From Octopus vulgaris (Eukaryota), in NCBI GenBank assembly GCA_951406725.2, contig OX597827.1, forward strand, positions 68,882,001 through 68,946,000: a stretch of DNA of 64,000 nt, read 5' to 3'. Each line of letters begins with the position of its first letter. Position 1 is the first letter of the stretch. This document shows, piece by piece, positions 51,779 through 64,000 of the stretch. A program made the position numbers and the translations under genes. The notes beneath the pieces are model-generated. The model was not told the DNA's origin and did not search any database. It worked only from the letters and a program-made list of their open reading frames with translations.

Positions 51779-51940
51779 GAAAGCTAGTGCAATACTACCT
51801 GGTACTTACTCTATCAATACCTTTTGCCGAACCGCTAAGTTACAGGGATGTAAACTCACCAGCATCAGTTGCCGAGCAATGGTGGGGTGGAGTGGACAAA
51901 CACAGGTGCAAAGACACACACATAAATATATACATACATA

Positions 51941-52144
51941 CAATAATCCCTCACCATATTGCAGCTTATTATTTAAGCTTACATCGATTCCTCAGTGGTG
52001 TTCTTTTGCATTTACAATAAAATAAATATACACAAATTATAAAAATAAATTTTTAAAATATACAGTATTGTTTCTACTTCACAGATTTTCACTTATCACG
52101 GGGTGTTTTGGAACATAACACCCACGATCATCGAGGGATTACTG
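51941..52144. mobile_element. Tigger-like MITE
   Basis: caataatccctc ... cgagggattactg terminal inverted repeats. Confidence 0.55.
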
Positions 52145-52642
52145 TGTGAATCTGGTGCAGCCATCTGGCTCACCAGTCCTCAGTCAAACCATACAACCGA
52201 TGCCAGCATGGAAAGCGGACGTTAAACAATGATGATGATGTATTTATATATCAATATCTATAATATATAAATATATTGAGAAGAAAAAGAAGTCATAAGA
52301 ATTTTGGAAAAAAATCCTTTTATTTCTTCATTATTAGCACTTTCAAAAGTGCTAATAATAATGAATAAAAGGATTTTTTCCCAAAATTCTGACGACTTTT
52401 TTTTCTCAATATTCAATTTCTGTACATCACACCTAACACTCTATATATATATATATGATGGGCTTCTTTACAGTTTCCATCTAGAGCATGTTGGCAGAGA
52501 GGGAGGGTTCTTGCGCCTAGATTGATTGCCTTCACCACAGCTGAGGAGCTCAATCTACCCATGCAAAAATCTATTTAACTCACAGATGAGACCCTGACAG
52601 GTATTACTGTCCTGGGTCAGAATGGACCTGGAGTAATGGTAA

Positions 52643-52732
<90 letters not shown>

Positions 52733-54111
52733 ACGCGTGCGCACTCAGAAAATGTGTGTGTGAGTGTTATTTTAGAATTTAGGGTGGAAAAAATGAGAAA
52801 ACATGAGCTGATAATATCTGGTTACAGCATTTGTAAAAGGAAAAAAATAGCAAAGAGAAAGAATTTATAGACTGAAGAGAGTTGGGAGAGTGAGAGACAG
52901 AGACAAACAGAGAGAGGGAGAGAGACTGTAGATACTATCATAAAAAAATATATAAAATGATCAAATAGAATCACCATGACTAAAGGTGGTGGGACAGGAA
53001 CCACTATATGTAGTGCAGGCCACAATTGGATACTGTACAATGGTGGAGACAAACAGCCATACAAGAGCCACAATGGAGTGGTGGTGATAGCCATAATCAC
53101 ATAGGAATCTATACAAACGTGGTGGCCATGGCTGGAAAGGAATAATTATACAGTAGGAGGCAAGTAAGAGAATAAGACCAAGTCTGTACATTTGAGCTTT
53201 CACTTCTTTGTCATTTAATCAATCAAGCTTGTTCTGATTAACCCATGATTACCCAGCATAACATTCAGTAGGGGTGGTCAGCAGGACAACATCCAAGTTC
53301 ATACAGAGCTGGTCAAAGAAGGGCTCTTCTAGGGCAACTGACACTTGCATATTCTTGTTGGTGTATACAAAGGAGCAAATCATTAACGAGGTTTTGCTTA
53401 GCTCTCTAGTAATGACCTGCAAAATGCATGCACCCCACTGCTAAGTTGGTAAGAGGAAAGTAGGAAGGTACATATCTTCAGCCCTAAAACTGAAGGCATG
53501 GCATGAATGCTTACAACTCCTTACTACATAGCAAACTCTACTAAAGGCATCCAAGGCAACACCAGGTAGTGGTGGTGGGTTAAGCAGAGCAATGGATGAA
53601 GTCCACTACCCATTCATTTGTTTTGTTGTATGGAATGACCAGACTGAGTCCAAAACTTTGCAGAAGCAAGAGTGGAGTTGGCAGATGGTGCTGTAAACCG
53701 CAGTTGCGGTAAGGCTTCCATGGAACTGAGTAGCTGAGAGGTAATTGATCTCCTGGATAGGATGCTAGACTAGCAATATACTAACTTTCCAACAGACCAC
53801 ACACAGATATACACGTTGCATCCACAGCATCCAAACACACACACACACACAGGATGCCACTATCACCACACACACACATACACACACACACAGATGCTAC
53901 CATATCCATTCCCCACCACCATCTGCCTCTCAACCTATGAAAGAAAAAGTGGGAAAAAATCCTGACTTATCAGCTAAATAAGTAGCAGACGAAGAGAGAG
54001 AGAGAGAGCGATTCCAGATTGCATCTGCACAACAGCCCCTTATGACATCATAACCAAGAGTGAGTGACACGCCAAGTTTTCAAGTGTCTTGAGGAACTCA
54101 AACACACACAA

Positions 54112-54224
54112 CTCACCACACCTTCACTCCACTCACACCTCACCACACCTTCACTCCACTCACACCTCACCACACCTTCACTCCACTCACACCTCACCAC
54201 ACCTTCACTCCACTCACACCTCAC
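54112..54224. repeat. 27-bp minisatellite, four copies
   Basis: ctcaccacaccttcactccactcacac repeated. Confidence 0.9.
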
Positions 54225-54604
54225 AAACACAGCTGCTACACAAACATGGAGATAACCCAAATCTAATTTGAGGTTGGAAGGCGTGTGTGTGTATTCACGT
54301 GTGCATGTGTGTCTGTACACATGTGTATGTGAATGCGCACGTGTGTGCAGAACAGTACATGTACATGTGTGCACATGTACATGTGTGCACATGCACATGT
54401 GCTTGTGTGTATGTGTGCATACATGCATGTGTGTAGGGTATGGAACTCCTTGCCTTCTCCACTTTTGGACAAGTGATACTATTACTAGTGCTGTCTCAAC
54501 TACCACCAAGACTACCACCACCATCATCACTACCACCTTCACTGCCACCATCATCAATCATGGCCTTCATCATCAATCACCACTCATCATCACAAGCCAA
54601 TAGT

Positions 54605-55200
54605 AACAATGTGGTCGCTCAACCTGTTAGAAATAGCAACCTAAACCTCTCAAATATACCAAAATATGGGTGAGATGAAGGATCAGGATTCCTGCATAAA
54701 TAAAAAGACAGGATGGTCCTGGCTGGAATGCCTTTGATCAAGTCTGCTGATCAGTACTGACTTCAGACTAAACAGCAATAAAAACAACACTGCTAAGGGT
54801 CAAAGTTCTTGAACTGCTAGAAATAACAGTTAAATCCCTTAAATCATACATTACTATTAACATCCTGCGGGCCGTCAAACAAAGGGTGGAATAAAGGGCC
54901 AAGTACCCTGCACTTACATAAAGATATGATGGGCATGGGAGGAATGCCTTCGATCAGAGGTTTGCTTTTATCAGCAGCGACTTAGAACTACAGTGACAGC
55001 ATTGCTAAGCGCCAACAAAGTCCTTTAGACTGCTAGAAACAGCAGCTGAAATCCCTCAAATCATACACTACTATCTTAGAGAAAGACATATTGGATAGCA
55101 AGATTCTGGGTACCGAATGCATTGGGAAACGGTGGGATGGTCATGAGTGGAATGCTTTTGATTGTATGTCGGCTCGATTAGGGATGACCTGCAACTAAAG
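54605..55200 (+). repeat. Three diverged tandem copies (about 200 bp) of the family-E dispersed repeat
   Basis: ctgctagaaatagcagccaaatc...ggatggtcacggctggaatgcctttgatc units. The same motif occurs at about 19670, 30600, 44750 and 51320. Confidence 0.65.
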
Positions 55201-55506
55201 CACACATACACTTTCATCATCATCATCATCAGCAGCAGCAGCAACCAACAGCAATATCACAATCACCATCCATCATTGCCATTAATATCATCACCATCAC
55301 AGTCACCATCATCATCATAACCCTAAGAGCAATGGAACTGGAAATCTCATTAAAATGTTTTAAATTTATTAAGGAAACTTTCCCAGCCTCCTCCATCTGT
55401 GTGTGTGTGGGGGGGTACACGTACACACACACACACACACACATCAGTACACACAATCCATTTGTCTTTTCGAAAAGCTTAGCTCAATGAAATTTTATTC
55501 CTCCCA

Positions 55507-55556
<50 letters not shown>

Positions 55557-57144
55557 TTGCAGTTTCTCAAGACATACAAGTGCAAAAAAAAAAAAAATTT
55601 TTTTTTTTTAATAAAGAAAACAGACCTCTATCAGTTTCAAGAGTATCCCAGTTGTTCAATCAACGGGACCCTTGCAAGTAGCTGAGTTATTTCGTGGACG
55701 CTTGTACTGAAAGCAATCCTCAGACAGAATCAGTATGACACGGTGTAAGACAAGGCTAACCCATTTGTATTACAGGTACAATCCAGCTGTCATGTTTGCA
55801 CATACAATCTCCACCAACCAAATCCACTTACAACCGATTAATCAGCTCGGGGTTAGAGTAGAAGACACTTGCCCAAGATGCCACATGGTGGGACTGAACC
55901 TGGAACCAATATATATTCTTTTATTTGTTTCAGTTATTTGACTGCAGCCATGCTGAAGCACCGTCTTAAAGGGTGGTTTTAGTCAAAGAAATCAACCCCA
56001 GGACTTTATTCATTTGTAAGCCTGGCATTTATTCTATCAGTCTCTTTTGCTGAACCACTAGATGACAGGAATGGAAACAAACCAGCATCAGTTGTCAAGT
56101 GAGGGTGGGGGACAAACACAAAGACATAAACATATAGATACACACACACACACACACACACACACACTGGGCTTCTTTCAGTTTCCATCTACCAAATCCA
56201 CTCACAAAGCTTTGGTCAGCCCAAGGCGCCACAGTGAGATTAATGCCCAGAATCATAATGGGTTTCTTTCAGTTGTGTCAACCAAATCAATTCACAGGGA
56301 TTTGGTCAGCCCAAGAGTATTAGTAGAAGACACTTGCCCAAGGTGTCATGCAGTGGGACTGAACCTGGAACCATATGGTTGGGGAGCTTTTTGGCATCAC
56401 ACCAAAACAGTCCTGGTTTCTTGAATGTAAAACAATCAGCAAATTTTGTCCTTGAAGAGTTAAAATATGAAAGAGGTTGACATCACCAACCAAAGCTAGC
56501 ACTACATTTCCTGAGGCACTAAACTTCGTATAAGAATAATGTAAAGAGAGAATTTAAGAATTAAGACCAATCTGAAATCACAGTGACTTTCAACCATTCA
56601 TTCTGTGGACAGCCAAAGAGGTCTATGGATTGATTTACAGTCAGAGCAGTTTTTCAATCAAATATCCAGACTACACAATAGACTGGCCTTAGTTTTCCCC
56701 CCATTATACTAATTATTAGGATCACATTACATTCTCTTGACCTCCAAGGACATGAATTGAGGATGTGAGTCAATCAGGTCACTAAATACAGCAGTCAAAT
56801 TTCATCTCTAAACAAGCACTCATTGTCTTAAGTACTTGCATGATTTGGACACAAGCCAACAACAGAGAACTACATGAGCTTAAAAAAACAAAAAAAAAGC
56901 TCATCATTATTTTAACGTCCACTTTTCCATGCTTGTACAGATTAGACAGGGTTTATTGCAGCAGAATCTTTATGGCTGGAGGATCTCCTTTTTGCCAACC
57001 TTTCCCCGTTTCCAAGCAAGGTAATATTTCCTCCCATGATGGTCAGATGTTTTTGCAGAATATTGGAAATGAATGACATTATGTAACGTCAAAACATAAT
57101 CAGTGAGGAGGGGGGTCGTACAGGGGATTTTTTTTTCAGCGTAA

Positions 57145-57318
57145 CTTCGGTATAAGTACCAGAAGTACCGGATACACTTCAAGAAAGTGCTTTTTTTATA
57201 TATATGGGGGGATAGGGTTAGGGTTTGTGTTAGGGTTAGGGGTGGGAGAAAAGGGTTTCTGTTACCTTCAGAAATGTAAAGAAAGCCACTTCCGATACTT
57301 ATGGTACTTATACCGAAG
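57145..57318. mobile_element. Fold-back element with 28-bp inverted repeats enclosing TTAGGG-like repeats
   Basis: cttcggtataagtaccagaagtaccgga / tccgatacttatggtacttataccgaag (2 mismatches); internal tagggttagggtttgtgttagggttaggg. Confidence 0.65.
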
Positions 57319-58173
57319 GATCGCCTTTTTTTATTTTGTTGTCTTCCAAATCCACTCATAAGGTTTTAGTGAGCCTGAAGCTATAAAAGATGCCCAATGT
57401 GTCACACAAAGGGACTGAACACAAACCATGCAGCTGTGAAGCAAACTTCTGGTCATACAACAATGCTTATGCCCAACCATGCTGGCACCTTGCCAAATGG
57501 AGAGAAAAATGGCTCAGTGGTCTGTACTATTGTTAGTTTAACCCTTTCACATTTCAGATTCCTCTGTCAAATATAAAGCTTATTTTATTCACATTGCTTT
57601 GAATTAATCACGCGTTATCTCATAGCTTCACAATTTCAATGATGAGATTATTTCATTTTTTTAAATGACATTGCAGGGTATGTGTGAGATACCAAATCTG
57701 GCAAATTTAAGTCGAATATGGCCAGTTTAAATGCTAAATGCAAACCTCATTTCATCCAAACTGGTTTGAAATGTAAACCAAATACAAAGTATAATGAAAG
57801 GTCAATGAGTGTGGCAAACCAGTAGGGTAGTAGATTAAATATCATATCATAGTAGTATCTAGTCAGGACTTCATTTGTTCTGAATTCATTTATTTTTGAA
57901 TCAGAAGTGTTTCATTTCCAGTCAAGGTGAATAAAATAAATACCAGTAATATTCAAAATTCAGTTCACTATAGGTGGTTAGATTACTTCCCAACCATATG
58001 GCTCTAGGTTCAGCCCCACTTTGTGGCATCTTGGTCAAATGTTTTCTACTATAGCCTCAGGTCAACCAAAGCCTTGTGGGTCAATTTGGTAGATGGAAAC
58101 CTGAAATAAACCCATAGAGAGTGTGTGTGTGTGTCTTTGTCCCCCACCACTGCTTAGCCAAAAAATTTAACTA

Positions 58174-58679
58174 CCGTAAATCCTTGAGTATAATACGCAG
58201 GGGATTTTTAGGGGGTTGTACCTGTGAAAATCCCTAAACCTTGTGTATAATACGCACTCCTTCTCTAACTTCAGTTGTGCGTAATTAAGCCAGCAGCACC
58301 TAGTCAAACAAACACTTCCGCCCATGCGTAATACAATAATGGTGATGTTCTTAACTGTTATATGGGAATGTAAATATGTTTGCAAATTGTTTTTGTTACA
58401 TGTTATTCTGTGTTCTGAATACTTTTATTTTAATAAATGTTGCTTACTGCAAGTTATGGATGATTCTTTTATGCCTTCATTGCTTTCAGGCTTAGCTTAA
58501 GGTATTTTTGCACCCGACATCACAAAATGCGTCTGAATAAACATTGCCTGACAGCAAATACAGACTCAGACTTTGTTTAGAAAATATTTTTCATTTTTAA
58601 CCTCGTATATAGTACACATTAGGGATTTTGACTTTTAAATTTTGGGAAAAAAGTGCGGATTATACTTGAAGATTTACTG
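58174..58679. mobile_element. pogo/Tc2-like MITE (second copy)
   Basis: ta|ccgtaaatccttgagtataatacgca ... tgcggattatacttgaagatttactg|ta. Confidence 0.85.
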
Positions 58680-59577
58680 TAATTGAAATCATTAGTATGA
58701 ATCACCACAATTTCGTAGTAGACACCAGCATGTACCATGGTTTGGTGAGTGAACACTAGTATCTAACTCTGTTTATCTCCAAGCCAGGGTGGACAGAGAC
58801 AAAATAAACATAGATACAGTGAAAGATAGAGAGAGTAAAAGACTGAGACAGACAGACAGACGTTAACTAAGAAGTAGGAGCAGCCCCAAGATGAAAGAAA
58901 TCCTTACTTCAAGAGGTGCCATGAGGTCATGAATCAAAAATAGAATGATGTGACCATAGTTCTCTAGGTTTCTTCATGAAGAACTCTTTACCATCAAAAA
59001 CAATAAGTATTTCCTCCAGAATCTCAAGAAAATAATTGACAAACCGACATTACTATAACAACCACCACCATCATCATCATCATCATCATTACCATTGTTA
59101 ACGTAAGCCTTGACATGAAATGGAGGTCATATGTAACACTCAACACTGGTTGATATAACTCAAGTGTGTCAGCACTTCACACACACACACTTCAGCACTT
59201 CAGAATGTGTTTGGTTGCATCATTTTATACCTACAAAGATCAGGTTGCTTACATAATATACAGACCACACACACACACACAAACACACATATCATCATCA
59301 TCATCAACAACATCATTTAACGTCCTCTTTCCATGCGATGATGATGATGATGATAGGCGCAGTGAGAGCCACTGATGAGTGTTAATTTGCATCAAGCATC
59401 AGAATGCAAAATCATCAATGATCTGCCTGTATCTACAACCATAGGGAGCTTAACTCATTTGTCAGCTCATGCAGATAGTGCTTTTGTTGACTGCTGAGTT
59501 GTTTTGACTCTTATTTCTAGCAATACTGGTTCTAGCCACCCATGTTATATATATATATATATATATATACATACACC

Positions 59578-59609
<32 letters not shown>

Positions 59610-59742
59610 CAGAAACATACACACACCCACACACATACATACATATATAGTTACATAATATATGCATACATATATAAGTGTGTGTATATATATATATTTA
59701 TAAACACACACATACATACATATTTACATAATACATGCATAC

Positions 59743-59773
<31 letters not shown>

Positions 59774-60354
59774 AATATATGATAAATATATACATAAATA
59801 TATATTTACATAATACATGCATATATATGTATATATAAATATATGATAAATATATTATGTATCACATTCTTGTAGAATCACACGAAACCCTTCACAAGCA
59901 TACATAATATACAAGATTGCTTAGATAGAGCATGAAGTTTTTAACTTCATATAAGAAGGTGGAGTACATTTTTAGAGAATCTGCAGTGTTCACGCCTTTC
60001 CCCAAGGGTATTAATGGTGAAAGTGATAAACAGGGTTCCAGCTGGCAGTGAAATACCAAACCTTGATCTCAATTCACAAGCAACATGCTTATTACATCAC
60101 AAATCTATACAAAGACACGCACGCATGAGCATACAAGCATAAGCACAAACGCATGACACTTAATCTGTACATTTATAAGACTTCGCTCATGGAAGTTGGT
60201 GCCTGTATGTATGTATACACACACAGACATGTATGCACACACAGACATATAGATACACACATATATATATATATATATATATACATACATACATATATAC
60301 ATACATACATATATAAATACATACATACATATATAAATACATTAATACATAACA

Positions 60355-60390
<36 letters not shown>

Positions 60391-60397
60391 TAGATAG

Positions 60398-60468
<71 letters not shown>

Positions 60469-60491
60469 AAGAGGTAGACAAATAGGCAGAC

Positions 60492-60536
<45 letters not shown>

Positions 60537-60924
60537 ATGGCTATATAAATACTATAGATAAATTTATATACATGCATGTATATACACATACATCTACATA
60601 TATACACACATATACATTACACATATATACAGACAAGCATACACACATGCGTGTGTGTGTCTGTGTGTGCATGTGCATATACATGTAGGGTGTGCCAGGG
60701 AAATGAGAACTAAACAAAACAAAGAAAATCAGCTGAAAAAAATATAAATCCTCCCAGGAAACCACACACACACAAAGACCCCCACACACTCCAACTGGGT
60801 ACATCAAAGCAGAGAAACAGGTCAGTCAACAAAATTGCTCTCGGGCCCCATTAATAGCCTGAATGCAGCCACTGAATCGATTACATGCGAGGATCTGGTG
60901 TTGCCTTTCAATCCCTACCACTCA

Positions 60925-61150
60925 ACCATATGCACCAGGGTAGCTAACCTTCAATAAGTACTTGGCATTGCAGTTGTTCCACACCCACGACAATCCAGAT
61001 GGAGCGGGGGCCTTCAATCAAAAGTATCAGAAGAGGAGACATGATAACATGGTTCTTGAGGGTCTCTCCATTGTAGAGGACTTGTTCTTGATCTTCCCAT
61101 CCACCATTCTTCTGACAGCAGACCCCATCATACTGAGCTGGTTGGCAAAG
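60925..61150 (+). mobile_element. Probable decayed RLE-type (Hero/NeSL/R2-like) non-LTR retrotransposon C-terminus
   Basis: ICTRVANLQ*VLG, then AFNQKYQKRRHDNMVL, then FPSTILLTADPIILSW. The order mirrors the CCHC knuckle, the AL.QGRY.WRHD.VL motif and the FP..I..T..RPDIV.W motif. Confidence 0.42.
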
Positions 61151-62562
61151 CCCTTATCAACCCCACAAGAGTTTTTGCTGATGTCCTGGACCTACTGCAC
61201 AAACTTGGCCAACCTGATGAAATCTGACAATCAAAAACATATTCTCCTTGCCATGGAAAATAACCAATCTTCTGACATACTAATACTGGATGGAATATAT
61301 TACAGTACATCTTTTTTAAGGTCCACCATTGTCAGATTTCATTCCTTGATTTCTTCATATGTCATTCTTTAATCTTTCATGAAGCAAGTTTTTTCCACAG
61401 TCATTACATGGTACTTTTGTACTTAGCATTCATTATCCAGTTCTACCATCAACTCATACCACTGCTGTGATATTTGTCTATTTTGCCTATATTGGTCAAA
61501 TACTTTCAATGTACAGTTGCTTTTTTTTCTTGTCTAACTTGAAATATTTCTATCCTTCAGGCAAGTTAATCTTGCATGAAGGTTAGAATTTACAGCCAAA
61601 AAGTTAGGCTGACTTATACACCAAGACTTTGGAGGACCAATGTTTCCACATAAAATGCAGCAGGATTTGGAAAGACAGTGACAACGTTTGAGTGTTCACA
61701 CCACATTGATGTCGTCATCATCATCATCATCGTTTAGTGTCCGCTTTCCATGCTGGCATGGGTTGGATGGTGCAACTGGGGTCTGGGAAGCCAGAAGGCT
61801 GCACCAAGCCCAGTCTAATCTGGCAATGTTTCTACAGCTGGATGCCCTTCCTAACGCCAACCACTCCATGAGTGTAGTGCGCGCTTTTTACGTGCCACCG
61901 GCACAGGGTGCCTCAAGAAAATACAGTACATCCCTGCCAGAGGTTTACAGTGTTTCCTAAACAGCAAAAACAACTAAGTACCTGGCCACATTCAAAAAGC
62001 TAGAGATCTCCAAGAAATTATGATGGGCAGTTAGAGGCACAAGCAGTGTGCCTTTTCGTTTCCTATGTTAGAGAGAAATATACCATGCTTTATCAAACAA
62101 AAACAAGGAAGTGTGCTATGTAAACATCATGGTATGTTATCTTCCATTTATAGCCCATTAAAGTTTAGTCACAATATATATATATATATATCCATTCACA
62201 CACACACTCTTTCTCTCCCATACACCCACATATATAAAATAATTGAGGAGATAAGTAAAATGCAAATTGCCTCATCAGCACAGTATTCAAATAATCAGAG
62301 GTTAATTGGAGATATTTCAGTCCAATGTAAAAGGAGCACTTCCCCAACCCAAGGCAATATATACCAAACAATGTTATAATCCTCACTCTGAGAAGTGGTT
62401 GGTGTTAGAAAGGGCATCCAGCCAGAGAAACCAGGCCAAATCAGATTGGAGTCTGGTGCATCTAGCTCCCCAGCCTGCCAGTTCTGGTCAAACTATCCAG
62501 CCCATGCTAGCATGGTCAACGAATTGATTGTATGTGTGTGTGTATATATATATATATAAAAA

Positions 62563-62972
62563 ACTCTTTTACTCTTTTACTCTTTTACTTGTTTCAGTCA
62601 TTTGACTGTGGCCATGCTGGAGCACCACCTTTTAGTCGAGCAAATCGACCCTGGGACTTATTCTTTGTAAGCCCAGTACTTATTCTATCGGTCTATTTTG
62701 CTGAACCGCTAAGTGACGGCGACGTAAACACACCAGCATCGGTTGTCAAGCAATGCTAGGGGGACAAACACAGACACACAAACACACACACACATATATA
62801 TATATATACATATATACGATAGGCTTCTTTCAGTTTCCGTCTACCAAATCCACTCACAAGGCTTTGGTCGGCCCGAGGCTATAGTAGAAGACACTTGCCC
62901 AAGGTGCCATGCAGTGGGACTGAACACAGAACCATGTGGTTAGTAAACAAGCTACTTACCACATAGCAACTC
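62563..62972 (-). mobile_element. Family-A SINE
   Basis: (ctctttta)3 tail, colinear with 6709-7107. Confidence 0.88.
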
Positions 62973-64000
62973 CTTATATATATATATAAGTAAAGTTAAT
63001 TGTCACATCAATGTGGTTGTACCACGTTACTACTAGTTTAGCTCCAGGCAGCTCTTCCACCAGCTGGCAGAAGATCTGCCTGGGGTTAAATTAGTAATAA
63101 CATGATACAGCCACTTTGATGTGGTGATTAGCTTTACATCTTAGTATAGTTATTACTCTCATCACTTGTTGAGATTTTACAACTAGCTACTTTGCTTATA
63201 TATATATATATATACATACACATATATATATATATATAAACATTTATACACACACCACATTGCTGGCATCAAGTATATATATAAACACATGTATGCATAC
63301 ATACATACATCTGAAAGGCATATTACTCAGTGGTTGGAGCATCAAGCTTACGAACATGAGATTATGAGTTCAACTCCAGGACCAGGCCGTGTGTTGTGTT
63401 CTTGGACAAACTTTCATATTGCTCCAGTTCACTCAGCAATAGAAATGAGTTACGATGTCACTGGTGCCAAGCTGTATGGGGGGTGGGGCCCTTTGCCTTT
63501 CTCTTGGACAACACTGGTGGTGTGGAGAGGGGAGGCTGATATGCATGGGTGACTGCTGGTCTTCCACAAACAATCTTGTCTGGATTTGTGCCTTGGAGGG
63601 GAACTTTGGGAACTTTTCTAGGTGCAAGCCTTTACTTTTTTTTATATATACACATACATGACCAGTGTGTTTGTGTGCATATGTTGTGAACACAAATAAA
63701 TGCAAACAACATGAAAATATAAAACAATACATGTAATTCATAAACTACATTGCTGGAATCAAACATATATACACATATATATACATACATAGATACATGT
63801 ATGTATGTATGTATATATAGATATACACGCACGCACACACATTTTTCACAAAATTATCCATAGCATGCAATAAACGAGTAATTAATTAAAACAGAGCAAG
63901 ACAATTAGATAGGAGTGCATATACATAATAAACTGTTGACACAGCACACACAAAAACACTTTATTTTAGTGTGTGTGAGAGAGAGAGAGAGAGAGAAAGA

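Overview
AT-rich, repeat-dense animal genomic DNA. The SINE families, microsatellite load and RTE/Penelope remnants point to an octopus (Octopus sp.); this is an inference from repeat content. The only protein-coding gene I can support is a rhotekin (RTKN/RTKN2-like) gene on the minus strand. Seven internal GT-AG exons (13391-13584, 12493-12542, 8684-8737, 5912-6032, 4879-5038, 3591-3622, 2255-2352) plus a likely first coding exon (23349-23387) join in frame. They encode the HR1 Rho-binding domain and most of the anillin-homology domain; the PH domain lies left of the window. The rest is intron or upstream sequence filled with at least five SINE families, decayed RTE LINEs, a probable RLE-type LINE remnant, pogo/mariner/piggyBac-like MITEs, Helitron/Helentron-like elements and simple repeats. 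Nearly all of the supplied ORF track is non-coding noise. Highlights: (1) a tRNA-headed SINE-like element carrying a Penelope-type minimal hammerhead ribozyme, present as a head-to-head inverted pair with a 12-bp target-site duplication (39246-39777), plus a ribozyme-deleted copy and head-only copies; (2) an 18S rRNA fragment inserted into a SINE at a 6-nt microhomology (51665-51778); (3) an array of about 30 GTGAGT decoy splice donors directly downstream of a real rhotekin donor; (4) a tandemly duplicated 35-bp-stem hairpin.
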